Shown here piece after piece: positions 28,386-37,873 of a DNA stretch of 46,742 nucleotides (its first letter is position 1; each line of letters begins with the position of its first letter). Location of the stretch: the NCBI GenBank assembly GCA_963840855.1, contig CAWJBB010000012.1, positions 1 to 46,742 on the forward strand. The letters are read 5' to 3'. Position numbers and translations under genes: made by a program. The notes beneath the pieces were generated by a model, which worked only from the letters and a program-made list of their open reading frames with translations, was not told the DNA's origin and did no database searches. This stretch comes from an uncultured delta proteobacterium (GTDB lineage Bacteria > Desulfobacterota > Binatia > UBA9968).

Positions 28386-29477
28386 ATGAAGCATAATATG
28401 GTTATCTTGCTGGCTGTGCTTGGGCTAGGGATTTCGCCCGTCTTCGGTCTTCGAGCGGCGGCCCAGTCTGCGGAAGAGATTTGGAAGTCGTTAGAGAAAC
28501 TTTCGGCCGTTGAACGCGACAAAAAGCTCGTTGAAGGCGCCAGGAAGGAAGGCGAGATGATCTGGTATACGAACTCCGGGATCGAAAACGCCAACCGCTA
28601 TATTCAAGCTTTCAAGAAAGTCTATCCTTTTATCAATGCGCAAGTGTGGCGCTCGAAGACGCGGCAGGTGGTTCAAAGGGTTGTTGCCGAGGCTCGAGCC
28701 GGCCGCCATTTGGTAGACGTCGTGAAACCGTCTACGGATCTCATGCCGGCGCTCCTCGACGCCAAGGTGCTGGGGCGCTACGAGTCGCCGGCGCGCAACG
28801 TCTATCCGGCGCATTCGAAGGGCGAGTTTTACTCGAATATGAACTATGCTTTTCGAATCTTTTCTTACAACCCGCGCCAAGTGGCGCGCAAGGACGCGCC
28901 GAAAACCTGGGATGAACTGCTTCAACCGCGCTGGAAGGGCGAAATTCTCTTCGACGAATCCTCCCTGGAGGAAGTCGTTTCGCTGATCGCCGCATGGGGA
29001 AAACAAAAAGCGACGGAATATTTCGCCCGCTTGAGCCAACAGCAGCTGCTCATTCGCGTGGGCCGCGATACGATCACGCAAATGATGATGGCCGGCGAGG
29101 CGCCGCTAGCGGTCACGACATACGGTTATAACAGCGAAAGTTTGAAGGCGCAGAACGCGCCCATCGATTGGGTGGCGCAGGACCTGGTCCCGGCGCTTAT
29201 GTATCCACTGACTATGGCGCGCAACGCCCCCCATCCTTATTCCGCCGCGTTGTTTTACGACTTCCTGTTATCCGAGCAGGGCCAGCAGTTGATTGCCCGC
29301 GAAGGGCGGGTCGTGGCGCATCCAAAGGTGGAACCGATCTATCCGCGCATGAAGGAGCTGCAAAGTTTGTTGGGTACTTCCCGCGTTCAGCTGAATACGA
29401 TCGAGCAAAACCACAGGCTCTATAAAGACGGCATCCAGATTCTGGACGAGATCGTCTTGAAGCGACGGCAATCGTAG
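28386..29477 (+). CDS. Extracellular solute-binding protein (Fe3+/thiamine-type ABC SBP family), orphan
   Basis: Signal peptide; PKTWDELLQPRWKG; APHPYSAALFYDFLLSEQGQ; no permease or ATPase nearby. Confidence 0.88.
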   Translation: MKHNMVILLAVLGLGISPVFGLRAAAQSAEEIWKSLEKLSAVERDKKLVEGARKEGEMIWYTNSGIENANRYIQAFKKVYPFINAQVWRSKTRQVVQRVVAEARAGRHLVDVVKPSTDLMPALLDAKVLGRYESPARNVYPAHSKGEFYSNMNYAFRIFSYNPRQVARKDAPKTWDELLQPRWKGEILFDESSLEEVVSLIAAWGKQKATEYFARLSQQQLLIRVGRDTITQMMMAGEAPLAVTTYGYNSESLKAQNAPIDWVAQDLVPALMYPLTMARNAPHPYSAALFYDFLLSEQGQQLIAREGRVVAHPKVEPIYPRMKELQSLLGTSRVQLNTIEQNHRLYKDGIQILDEIVLKRRQS

Positions 29478-29527
29478 GGGACGGTCGCGATCGTCCTGCA
29501 AAGAGAAATCCAACAGGGGAGAGAAAA

Positions 29528-30424
29528 ATGCAAGGCGCCGAAACGTTAGATCATGTCGCTTTTCCAGTGCGCGATTTGCCGCGCGCGGAAAAGTTTTACC
29601 TGGAGACCGTCGGCCTGACCTTCCTCACGCAGCGCAAGAACGCCGACGGATCGCCGCGCCACACCTACGTCAAAGCGGGAGAAAATATCGTTGGCTTGAC
29701 ATTGCCGGGAGTCAGCGTCCCGGCCTCAACGAGCGGCGCGCCGCGTTATGCCATTGCGATCGCCAACGCGGAGATATTCGACGCTGCGGTGACGCGAGTC
29801 AGGGCGAGCGGCGTGCAATGCAGCGAGGTCGAGCATCACTCCGCCGAGTCGCCATTCGTTAAAGCCTTTCAATTTATCGATCCGGACGACAACCACATGG
29901 AGCTTTGCGTGCGCCGGCGCCCGCTGGCGGAAAGAGATGGCATCAGCCATGTGATTTTTGAAACCGCCGATCTTGCGCGAGCCAAGCGGTTTTATATGGA
30001 AGGGCTGGGGCTCAAGCTCGTCGGCGCGGTGCGCGGCGAGACGCTATTCGAGTTTGCCAATCATCAGATGCTCGGCGTGAAGGAGGTAGCGGAGCTTTCA
30101 GAGCGCACGAAAAAGAAGGGACGCGCCTGCCACGTTGCGTTCAACGTCAGCCAGGAGGATTTTGACGCGATGCTGGAGTTCATTCCGAAACTCGGGGGCA
30201 AATCCCTCGGGGACTTTCGCTCCAGCGACGGTCTCAGGCCGCCCGGCGAGCGCAGCATTTATTTCTTCGATCCCGATACGAATTACTTACAAATCACTGC
30301 CGCCGGCGAAGAAGATTGGTCGCTCATTTCGGACGAAGAGAAATGGCGCCGCACGGAGGAGAACCGTAAGAAATTGGGAAGAGGCCTTTCTCGCTTCGAC
30401 CGCGGTGTGAAGCCGGAGAAATAG
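29528..30424 (+). CDS. Two-domain VOC (glyoxalase/bleomycin resistance/dioxygenase) protein
   Basis: LDHVAFPVRDL..A.KFY...DPDDNHMEL, then ISHVIF...A.RFY...HVAF...YFFDPD.NYLQ. Confidence 0.88.
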   Translation: MQGAETLDHVAFPVRDLPRAEKFYLETVGLTFLTQRKNADGSPRHTYVKAGENIVGLTLPGVSVPASTSGAPRYAIAIANAEIFDAAVTRVRASGVQCSEVEHHSAESPFVKAFQFIDPDDNHMELCVRRRPLAERDGISHVIFETADLARAKRFYMEGLGLKLVGAVRGETLFEFANHQMLGVKEVAELSERTKKKGRACHVAFNVSQEDFDAMLEFIPKLGGKSLGDFRSSDGLRPPGERSIYFFDPDTNYLQITAAGEEDWSLISDEEKWRRTEENRKKLGRGLSRFDRGVKPEK

Positions 30425-30484
30425 ACTCTCGCGATCAGATTCGACCAGATCGCAGTTGTTGAGGCGATGCATTCGAGCAATGGT

Positions 30485-30754
30485 TGTCACCCTGAGCGAC
30501 AGACTGTGTGAAAACTCTTTAGGAGCCCTTCGACCCTTCGAGGGGCCTCAGGGCGCCCCCTCGACAGCCTTTAGTCCCGAGCCTGTCGAGGGGTCAGGGC
30601 GAACGGTTAAATGTTTGATTTGTAACGTCTCATACCCGTTCGTGGTGAGCCCAGTCGAACCATGAACGGAGTTTTCACACAGTCTGGCGAATGCGAAGGG
30701 TCTCGTCTTCGGTCGAGATTCTTCGCCTGGGCGACGCTTCGGCTCAGAATGACA
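30485..30754. repeat. REP-like palindrome (TGTCACCCTGAGCGA..GAAGGGTCTCG / CGAGATTCTTCG..CTCAGAATGACA) interrupted by a MITE
   Basis: Removing 30500-30690 restores a contiguous tgtcaccctgagcgaatgcgaagggtctcg arm. Confidence 0.8.
30500..30686. mobile_element. MITE-like element, 187 bp, with 18-bp perfect TIRs and a 4-bp target duplication
   Basis: CAGACTGTGTGAAAACTC (30500-30517) / GAGTTTTCACACAGTCTG (30669-30686); GCGA at 30496-30499 and 30687-30690. Confidence 0.85.
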
Positions 30755-30826
30755 CAAGCCGTTAGCTCTCTCGTGACCACAACTCAGGGCGCTATGTTCA
30801 AAAGGATTACGAAATAAGGAGTCTCC

Positions 30827-32017
30827 GTGGCACTCGAAAAACCGATTATCCCGACTTTTTCATTAGAAGAACGCGACCGCCGTTGGTCGTTGCTCCGCGC
30901 CGAGATGAAGAGAGCAAATCTCGACGCGCTTATCGCCCTGCCCAACGAAGGCCATTGGGACCAGTTCGGCGCGGACACCCGCTACATCACGCAGATCGGC
31001 GGGACGCAGACCGAAGTGGGCTGCGTATTCCCGCTTGAAGGCGAGGTCACCGCGGTGGTGCGCGGCGCCAATGAAATCGAATGGTGGGGCCTCGCCCAGG
31101 AGTGGGTCAAGGACATTCGCCCGTCGCGCCGCTCCTACGGCGAGCCGGTCATCGAACGGTTGAAAGAAATCCGGGCTGAGCGCGTCGGTGTCGTCGCGCT
31201 CTCGGGCCTGGTCCGCGCGCCCGAAGGGGTCGTGCCCTGGGGGACCTTTGAGAAGATTCGCACCGCGTTGACCAAAGTCAAATTTGAAAACGCCACGGAC
31301 CTTATGCAAGAAGTTCGTTCCGTAAAAAGCGAGGAAGAGATCGCATTCATCGAGAAAGCCGCCGAGATCATCGATAAGGCCATCGACGTGTTGATTCAAC
31401 ACTCGAAGCCCGGCGCGCGGGACAACGAATTGATTGCCGAGATGCTGCGTGAAATCGTCCGCCAAGGCGGCGAGCCGATTACAATGTTGCTGTTCGGCAC
31501 CGGCGGACCCGAGGTGCCTTGGGCGCAGCGGGTGATCACGACGCGCCGCCTCAAACCCGGCGATCTCATCAACACGGAGGTCGAAGCCAAATACGCCGGC
31601 TACATTGCCCAGGCGCTGCAGCCGATCTCCCTCGGCGCGCGGCCGAAAGATTTAGAAAAAATCTTCGACGCGACGAAGATTATCTTTGACGCGATGCTCA
31701 AGTTCTTGAAGCCCGGATTAACCTTCGGCGCGGCCGCGAAATTTTATCAAGACCAGGTGCAGGCCGCCGGCTATGAACCCGACGGCGCGCTCATGCACGG
31801 TCGCGGCTTGGGTGAAGACGCGCCGATGCTCTGGGGCGCAAGACGCGACTTTCCGGAAAAAGACTGGCGACTCAAAGAAGGCCATGTTTTTATTCTGAAA
31901 CCCGCCGCCCGAAAAGGCTTCATGCGCGATTCTATCCGGGCCGGCGACACCGTCGCCATCGAAGCCGGCGGCGCACGCCGACTGGGAAGCCGTGAGCTGG
32001 CGTTCGTTTCCGTGTAG
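30827..32017 (+). CDS. M24 family (Xaa-Pro peptidase/creatinase-like) protein
   Basis: Creatinase-like N-domain; RSVKSEEEI; HGRGL; AAGGAG RBS. Confidence 0.85.
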   Translation: MALEKPIIPTFSLEERDRRWSLLRAEMKRANLDALIALPNEGHWDQFGADTRYITQIGGTQTEVGCVFPLEGEVTAVVRGANEIEWWGLAQEWVKDIRPSRRSYGEPVIERLKEIRAERVGVVALSGLVRAPEGVVPWGTFEKIRTALTKVKFENATDLMQEVRSVKSEEEIAFIEKAAEIIDKAIDVLIQHSKPGARDNELIAEMLREIVRQGGEPITMLLFGTGGPEVPWAQRVITTRRLKPGDLINTEVEAKYAGYIAQALQPISLGARPKDLEKIFDATKIIFDAMLKFLKPGLTFGAAAKFYQDQVQAAGYEPDGALMHGRGLGEDAPMLWGARRDFPEKDWRLKEGHVFILKPAARKGFMRDSIRAGDTVAIEAGGARRLGSRELAFVSV

Positions 32018-32086
32018 GATTACTTTCGTGCTTCGCCTCGCGGCCTTCAAAATAGCTGCGTGAAGCTTGAATCACGTAAGAAAATC

Positions 32087-32551
32087 ATGAAAAAAACTAT
32101 TTCTTTGAAAATAAACGGTAGCGAGCGCGGCGCTGAGGTGGAAGCGCGGACCACGCTGTTAGATTTGGTGCGCGAACGGTTTAATCTGACCGGCGCGAAG
32201 CTCGGCTGTGACATTCAAGTCTGCGGCGCCTGTACGCTGCTGCTCAATGGCAGGCCGGTAAGCGCCTGTTCGTTTCTCGCCGTCGATGCCGATGGCTGCG
32301 ACGTGACCACCATCGAGGGTTTGAGCGCCGGCGGCGCGTTGCATCCGCTGCAAGAGGCATTCATGGAGTTCGGCGCGTTGCAATGCGGTTATTGCACCTC
32401 GGGTTTTATTCTCACGGCGAAAGCGCTGCTCGACGAATGTCCGCAACCGTCAGAGCAGCAGATTCGCGATTACATGGGGGGAAGTTTTTGCCGCTGTGGC
32501 TGTTATCAGGAAATCATGCAGGCGATCAAGGATGTCGTGGGGAAATCGTGA
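32087..32551 (+). CDS. (2Fe-2S)-binding subunit, CoxS/XdhC family
   Basis: GCDIQVCGACT; QCGYCTSG; CRCGCY. Confidence 0.92.
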   Translation: MKKTISLKINGSERGAEVEARTTLLDLVRERFNLTGAKLGCDIQVCGACTLLLNGRPVSACSFLAVDADGCDVTTIEGLSAGGALHPLQEAFMEFGALQCGYCTSGFILTAKALLDECPQPSEQQIRDYMGGSFCRCGCYQEIMQAIKDVVGKS

Positions 32552-32604
32552 TCGTCGCTCGTGCTCGTGATCGGACGAACACGAACCACGAACACGAGCA
32601 CGAT
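32545..32604. repeat. Inverted pair of hexamer arrays (CTCGTG / CACGA(A/G))
   Basis: atcgtg atcgtc gctcgtg ctcgtg ... acgaac acgaac cacgaac acgagc acgat. Confidence 0.75.
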
Positions 32605-32644
32605 TGATGTGCAAAGACCGCAAAGACCAATGCGAGATAATCAA

Positions 32645-34972
32645 ATGGAACTAGCGGATATCGGGAAAACATTTCGCCGTCTGGATTACGAAACCAAAGT
32701 CACAGGCCGGGCGACGTATCTGGCCGACATGCAGGTGCCGGGCATGTGCCACGGCAGGATTTTGCGCAGCCCGTTGCCGCACGCGCGGATCAGCAAGATC
32801 GACATTTCAAAAGCGCTTAAAGTCGCCGGCGTCGTCGCCATCATCAGCCGCGACGATATTCTCCATGACGAAGGCATCGAGCCTTATTACGGGCCGGTGT
32901 TCAAAGATCAAACCATCGTGGCGGTGGAAAAAGTCCGCCACGTGGGCGATCCGGTGGCCGCGGTCGCGGCGCTGACCGCGGATGCAGCCGATGAAGCGTT
33001 GCGCTCGATCGACGTCGCGTACGAAGAACTGCCGGCGGTGCTCAGTGTCGAGGACGCTATCAAGGAGAATCCGATCCTCGTGCACGAGTCCGTGCGCGTC
33101 CCCGACTCCGGTTTCGCCGATCTCGCCGAGCTCAAGCCCATCGACGGCACCAATATCTGCACGCATTTCAAGTTTAACCGCGGCGATGTGCAGCAAGGCT
33201 TCGCCCAAGCGGACCACATTTTCGACGATACGTTTACCTTGCCGGCGACGCAGCATAGCTTTCTCGAAACCCATGCCTGCATCGCTTCGGTGGAGCCGGG
33301 CGGGCGGATCACGGTGTGGGCGACGACGCAGAATCCCTTCGTCGTGCGCACGCAACTGGCAAATATTTTCAAGGTGCCGGTGGCAAGAGTTCGGGTCATC
33401 GTGCCGTATCTGGGTGGCGGCTATGGCGGAAAGGTTTACCCCAAGGTCGAGCCGATTACCGTTGCCCTGGCGCTTAAAGCAGGGCGCCCCGTGCGCGTGG
33501 TGCTGTCGCGCGAGGAAGTTTTCTACACCATCACCAAACACGCGGCCGCGATCCGCATGAAAACCGGCGTGAAGAACGACGGCACGCTGGTGGCGCGGGA
33601 ATGCGAGATCCATCTCGACACCGGAGCTTATGCCGAGATCGGACCGCGGGTGGCGAAGAAGTCGGGCTACACTGCCGCCGGCCCGTACAAAATTCCCAAC
33701 TTGAAGATCGATTCCTATGCCATTTACACGAACAAACCGCCCGCGGGAGCGTTTCGCGGCTTTGGAGTTTCCCAATCGGCATGGGCGGTGGAATCACAAA
33801 TGGATATCATCGCCGCGGCATTGAAAATCGACCCGCTGGAGCTGCGCAAAAAGAATGGTTACGACGAGGGCGACAGGTTCGTCACCGAAGAGATTTTGCG
33901 CGCGGTCGGTCTCAAGGAGTGTCTGGGCGAAGTGGCCAAATCGATCGGGTGGGATTCCAATAAGTTCAAAAGTCCAAAGGTTCAAGGTTCGAAGGAAGGT
34001 AGCATTAGACGGGGTAAAGGACTGGCCTGCATGATCAAGGCGACCATCACGCCGTCTATTTCTTGTGCCGTGGTGAAAATGAACGAGGACGCGAGTCTGT
34101 CGATCTATGCCGGCACCGTCGAGATGGGCCAGGGGTCCGAGACGACTTTAGCGCAGATCGCCGGCAAAGAGTTGGGAATTCCTCTGAGTAAAATTCAGGT
34201 GTTGGCTGTTGATACGGATGTCGTGCCCTATGATCTGACGACTTCTTCGAGCCGTTCGACTTTCCATATGGGTAAAGCGGTTCAGCTCGCCGCGCAGCGT
34301 ATTCAACAACAGCTAAGACAGATTGTCGCGCAGGAATATGGCGCTGCCGAGGATCAGATCAGCTTCATGGACGGCGGGATTCGCCTGCCGGAGTCCACTT
34401 TGAATTATGCCGATGTCATGTTCAAAAAGTTTGGCATGCAAGGTGGAACGTTGATCGGCGAAGGGCAATTGAAGACTTCGGTCAAAAACGAGTTTGGTGA
34501 AAAAAGCACGTCGGCTTTCTGGTTTTTGGCCGCCGGCGCGGCGGAAGTCGAAGTCGATACGGAAACCGGCAAGATCAAACTGCTGAAGTATGCGACGGCG
34601 GTGGACGTCGGCAAAGCGATCAGCCCGCTCGGTTGCCGCCAGCAGCTCGCCGGCGCGGCGATCACCGGCATCGGCCAGGCGCTGTTCGAAGAGATCGCCT
34701 ACGACAACGGCCAATTGATCAATCCCAATCTCGTGGATTACGTCTTGCCGTCTCTCGGTGACATGCCGGCAGTGATCGACCCAATCACCGTCGAAGTGCC
34801 GGACAAAAACGGCCCCTTCGGCGCCAAGGGCATCGGTGAGAGCGCGCTGATTCCCGTGGCGCCCGCCATCGCCAATGCGATCTACGACGCCTGCGGCGTG
34901 CGGATTAAGGATCTGCCGATCAAGGCTGAGAAGATCTATCTGGCGCTGGAAGATGCGAAAGCGAAAACCTGA
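32645..34972 (+). CDS. Xanthine dehydrogenase family molybdopterin-binding subunit
   Basis: KVTGRATY..D; GGGYGGK; AFRGFG; EMGQG; GAKGIGE; lacks the VAYRCSFR motif of form I CO dehydrogenase. Confidence 0.92.
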   Translation: MELADIGKTFRRLDYETKVTGRATYLADMQVPGMCHGRILRSPLPHARISKIDISKALKVAGVVAIISRDDILHDEGIEPYYGPVFKDQTIVAVEKVRHVGDPVAAVAALTADAADEALRSIDVAYEELPAVLSVEDAIKENPILVHESVRVPDSGFADLAELKPIDGTNICTHFKFNRGDVQQGFAQADHIFDDTFTLPATQHSFLETHACIASVEPGGRITVWATTQNPFVVRTQLANIFKVPVARVRVIVPYLGGGYGGKVYPKVEPITVALALKAGRPVRVVLSREEVFYTITKHAAAIRMKTGVKNDGTLVARECEIHLDTGAYAEIGPRVAKKSGYTAAGPYKIPNLKIDSYAIYTNKPPAGAFRGFGVSQSAWAVESQMDIIAAALKIDPLELRKKNGYDEGDRFVTEEILRAVGLKECLGEVAKSIGWDSNKFKSPKVQGSKEGSIRRGKGLACMIKATITPSISCAVVKMNEDASLSIYAGTVEMGQGSETTLAQIAGKELGIPLSKIQVLAVDTDVVPYDLTTSSSRSTFHMGKAVQLAAQRIQQQLRQIVAQEYGAAEDQISFMDGGIRLPESTLNYADVMFKKFGMQGGTLIGEGQLKTSVKNEFGEKSTSAFWFLAAGAAEVEVDTETGKIKLLKYATAVDVGKAISPLGCRQQLAGAAITGIGQALFEEIAYDNGQLINPNLVDYVLPSLGDMPAVIDPITVEVPDKNGPFGAKGIGESALIPVAPAIANAIYDACGVRIKDLPIKAEKIYLALEDAKAKT

Positions 34973-34979
34973 GACGTTG

Positions 34980-35435
34980 ATGGCGCGCAGTAAGATCGGA
35001 TTGGCAACCGGCTATGTCGCTGCGCTCATATTGGCAGCGATGGCGCTTTCTTCCTGTCTGACCGCGGAGCTGGAAAAGCAGGCGGAGACTCTCAAGGAGC
35101 AGGAAGCGGAGATCGCCCGCCAGCGAAAGGAAATAGAGGCGTTGAAATCCGGCCAGCAGGCCCAAGACAGGAGGCTAGGCGATTGTAACCGCGCTTTTCG
35201 CGAATACTTCGAGCGGGCGCAAACCACGGCAGATGGCGACCGCGCCGCCGCACTTTACCGAGAAGGACTGGCCATTTGCCCCGATGACGAGGTCGCCCAT
35301 TATGAGCTGGGCAGGCTGCTGGCCGCCCAGGGGCGTTATCCTGAAGCCGAGAGGGAATTTGAATCCGCGCTCAAAATCAACCCGGACTTTACGGACGCCA
35401 GAGCCCGGTTGGAGGCGCTGCCCAAGAACCGGTGA
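34980..35435 (+). CDS. TPR-repeat lipoprotein
   Basis: Lipobox LSSC; coiled coil; AHYELGRLL...GRY.EA..EF..ALKINP. Confidence 0.8.
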   Translation: MARSKIGLATGYVAALILAAMALSSCLTAELEKQAETLKEQEAEIARQRKEIEALKSGQQAQDRRLGDCNRAFREYFERAQTTADGDRAAALYREGLAICPDDEVAHYELGRLLAAQGRYPEAEREFESALKINPDFTDARARLEALPKNR

Positions 35436-35444
35436 TAGGCGGCC

Positions 35445-35489
35445 GTTCCATTCGTTTAAGAAGTTCCAATCGTTCCAAACGTTTGGAAC
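35445..35489. repeat. 9-bp array ending in the perfect palindrome GTTCCAAACGTTTGGAAC
   Basis: gttccattc gtttaagaa gttccaatc gttccaaac gtttggaac. Confidence 0.7.
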
Positions 35490-35535
35490 CGGATTCATCG
35501 AATCACAACCACGATGAAATTCGGAGGAAGCAAGC

Positions 35536-36306
35536 ATGAAAAATTTTCTCGCGGTTTTTTTCTCGCTGCTGTGCGCAACCTCGGCGCACGCGATCGACGA
35601 AAAAAAACTCGTTGACATGACCTATCCGTTTGCCGCCGATACGCTACACTGGCCCACGGCAAAGCCATTTCATCTGGAAAAAGTACACGAAGGCAGGACC
35701 GCGCAAGGCTTCTGGTACTCGTCTTACAATTACGGCGGTTCGGAGCACGTCGGGACCCATATAGACGCGCCCTTTCACTTTGCCGAAGGTAAATGGACCA
35801 CTGAGCGAATACCGCTGGCGCGGACCATCGGCGCGGCCATCGTCATCGACGTGCGGCGGCAAGCGGAAGCGGACCGCGATTATCGGCTGAGCGCCGCTGA
35901 TATCCGCCGCTGGGAGAAACGCTACGGTCGCGTTCCCACAAGGGCCATCGTTCTCATGCACAGCGGCTGGGGAAAATATTGGGGTGACCGCAAGCGCTAT
36001 TTCGGCAGCGCCGAAGCCGGCGACGCGAGCAACCTCCACTTCCCTGGCTTGGCCAAGGACGCCGCGGAATTTCTGGTAAAGCAACGCCGGGTCAATGCCG
36101 TCGGCATCGACACGCCGAGCATCGACCATGGCCCGGCGAAAGACTTCATCGTGCACCAAGTTTTTGGCGCCGCTAACGTGCCTATCTTTGAAAATGTCGC
36201 GGCCCTGGATCGCCTGCCCGCCAAAGGCGCGACGGTCTTCGCCATTCCGATGAAAATCAAAGGTGGCAGCGGCGCGCCGCTGAGAATTTTCGCCGTCCTG
36301 CCGTGA
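35536..36306 (+). CDS. Cyclase family protein (kynurenine formamidase-like) with signal peptide
   Basis: EHVGTHIDAPFHF; HFPG; GIDTPSID; EN; GGSGAPLR. Confidence 0.9.
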   Translation: MKNFLAVFFSLLCATSAHAIDEKKLVDMTYPFAADTLHWPTAKPFHLEKVHEGRTAQGFWYSSYNYGGSEHVGTHIDAPFHFAEGKWTTERIPLARTIGAAIVIDVRRQAEADRDYRLSAADIRRWEKRYGRVPTRAIVLMHSGWGKYWGDRKRYFGSAEAGDASNLHFPGLAKDAAEFLVKQRRVNAVGIDTPSIDHGPAKDFIVHQVFGAANVPIFENVAALDRLPAKGATVFAIPMKIKGGSGAPLRIFAVLP

Positions 36307-36425
36307 TCGGAAAATCACGAAGTCAGGAATTCAACCGCAAAGAACGCGAAGGAGGCCGCGTACCATATTTTGCTTTTACGACGGACACGATATAGTGTGG
36401 CGCAGTTTATTTACCGAAAAGGGGG

Positions 36426-37804
36426 ATGATCATGAAGCAGCGGGGTAAAACTTCGCGACACGCCAGCGGTCTGATGCTAGTACTGCCGCTTGTCTTGATG
36501 GGGCCATCTCTAGCTAGATCAGCTGACAGTCCGCAGCCCGTGCAACCGGCCCAGGCAGTTGGCGCGCAAGATCCTAATGTCCTGACTCTCGACGAGGCTG
36601 TGCTGACGGCCCTGGCGAATCATCCTAATCTGAAGGCGGCAAGGGAACGAATAGGGGCGCAAGCGGCGGTGTTGGGGCAGGAGATGTCGGCTTATTTCCC
36701 AAGCGTCAATCTGAGCAGTCAATACCGAACTAGTCAGACTAGTAGCGACGGCGGCGCGGAACGCGCTTCAGATTTGTTTTCCAGCCAGTTCAATTTCAAC
36801 TTCATTCTTTACAATTTTGGGAAACGCGAAGGGGCGGTGCAGGCGGCGCGGGACACGTTGAGTGCCATCGGACACAACTATAAGACCACGGTGGACGCCA
36901 TCATCCTCGGGGTCAAGCAGTCGTATTACGTCCATCTTGGGTCTCAAGCCATCGTCAAAGTGAGAGAGGAGACTGTAAACAACCGCGAGTTGCTGGTGAA
37001 GCAGGCGAGAGGTTTTTATGAAGTCGGCACCCGTGCCAAAATCGATGTTGCCCGCGCCGAGTCCAATTTGTTCAACGCTCAAGCCGACCTGATCGCCGCC
37101 CAGAATGCGGTTAAAGTCTCGTGGGTTACGCTCAAAAACGCATTAGGGGTTAGGGAACTGGCCGAGCGCCCGCTGGTCGAGGAAGCCATTATGACGACGA
37201 TTCCCTATACCCTTGAGCAAGCGCGTGAGCTGGCTTACGCCAATCGTCCAGAATTGAAAAGCTTCGAAGCGCAGCGAAAAGCCCAGGACCAGAACGTCGC
37301 CGTGGCGCGCCGCGGTCATCTACCCGATCTCACCTTCGACACCGTTTACGGGCGCCGCCATGTGAGCAATGAGCCGGCAAACGGCAGATTGAACAAACTT
37401 TGAACACATTTCCTCTCCAACCGGCCTGGTCCGTCAACCTGAACTTGAGCATTCCTATCTTCGACGGCTTGAGGACGACGAACCGGGTGGAAGAGACGTT
37501 GCGCAACTACTACGTTATCAGAGCTCAGGAAGAGGCGCAGCGGCAGCAGGTCACTCTCGACGTGGAATCGACGTATCTCCGGCTCGTGGAGCTGCAAGAA
37601 CGCATTAAAGCGAACGAAGCCGCGGCCAACGCGGCGAAGGAGAACCTCGATCTCGCCGATGGCCGGTATCAGGTCGGCGTCGGCTCGATCATCGAGGTGA
37701 CCGACGCCCAGACCCTTTACACCGACGCGCAAACGACCTATATCCGGGCGCTTTATGATTACAAGATCGCCGATGCCCAATTCGTGCGCGCCATCGGCCA
37801 GTGA
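36426..37804 (+). CDS. TolC family outer membrane efflux protein, frameshifted near 37392
   Basis: Two OEP halves in ORFs 36426-37403 and 37400-37804 (LSIPIFDG; RYQVGVGSIIEVTDAQ). Confidence 0.88.
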
Positions 37805-37873
37805 TGCCAACTATTGCAGCGTGAGGAACGAACTGATAGACGTTTATCGCCACAACATAGGAGTAGAGCCCAT

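Noticed and set aside
32561-32644. N-terminal extension of the Mo subunit (RTRTTNTST)
   Set aside because: It is a translation of the hexamer repeat; homology begins near 32645
32645-34972. Aerobic CO dehydrogenase CoxL
   Set aside because: The active-site loop is AFRGFG, not VAYRCSFR or AYRGAGR, and there are no cox accessory genes
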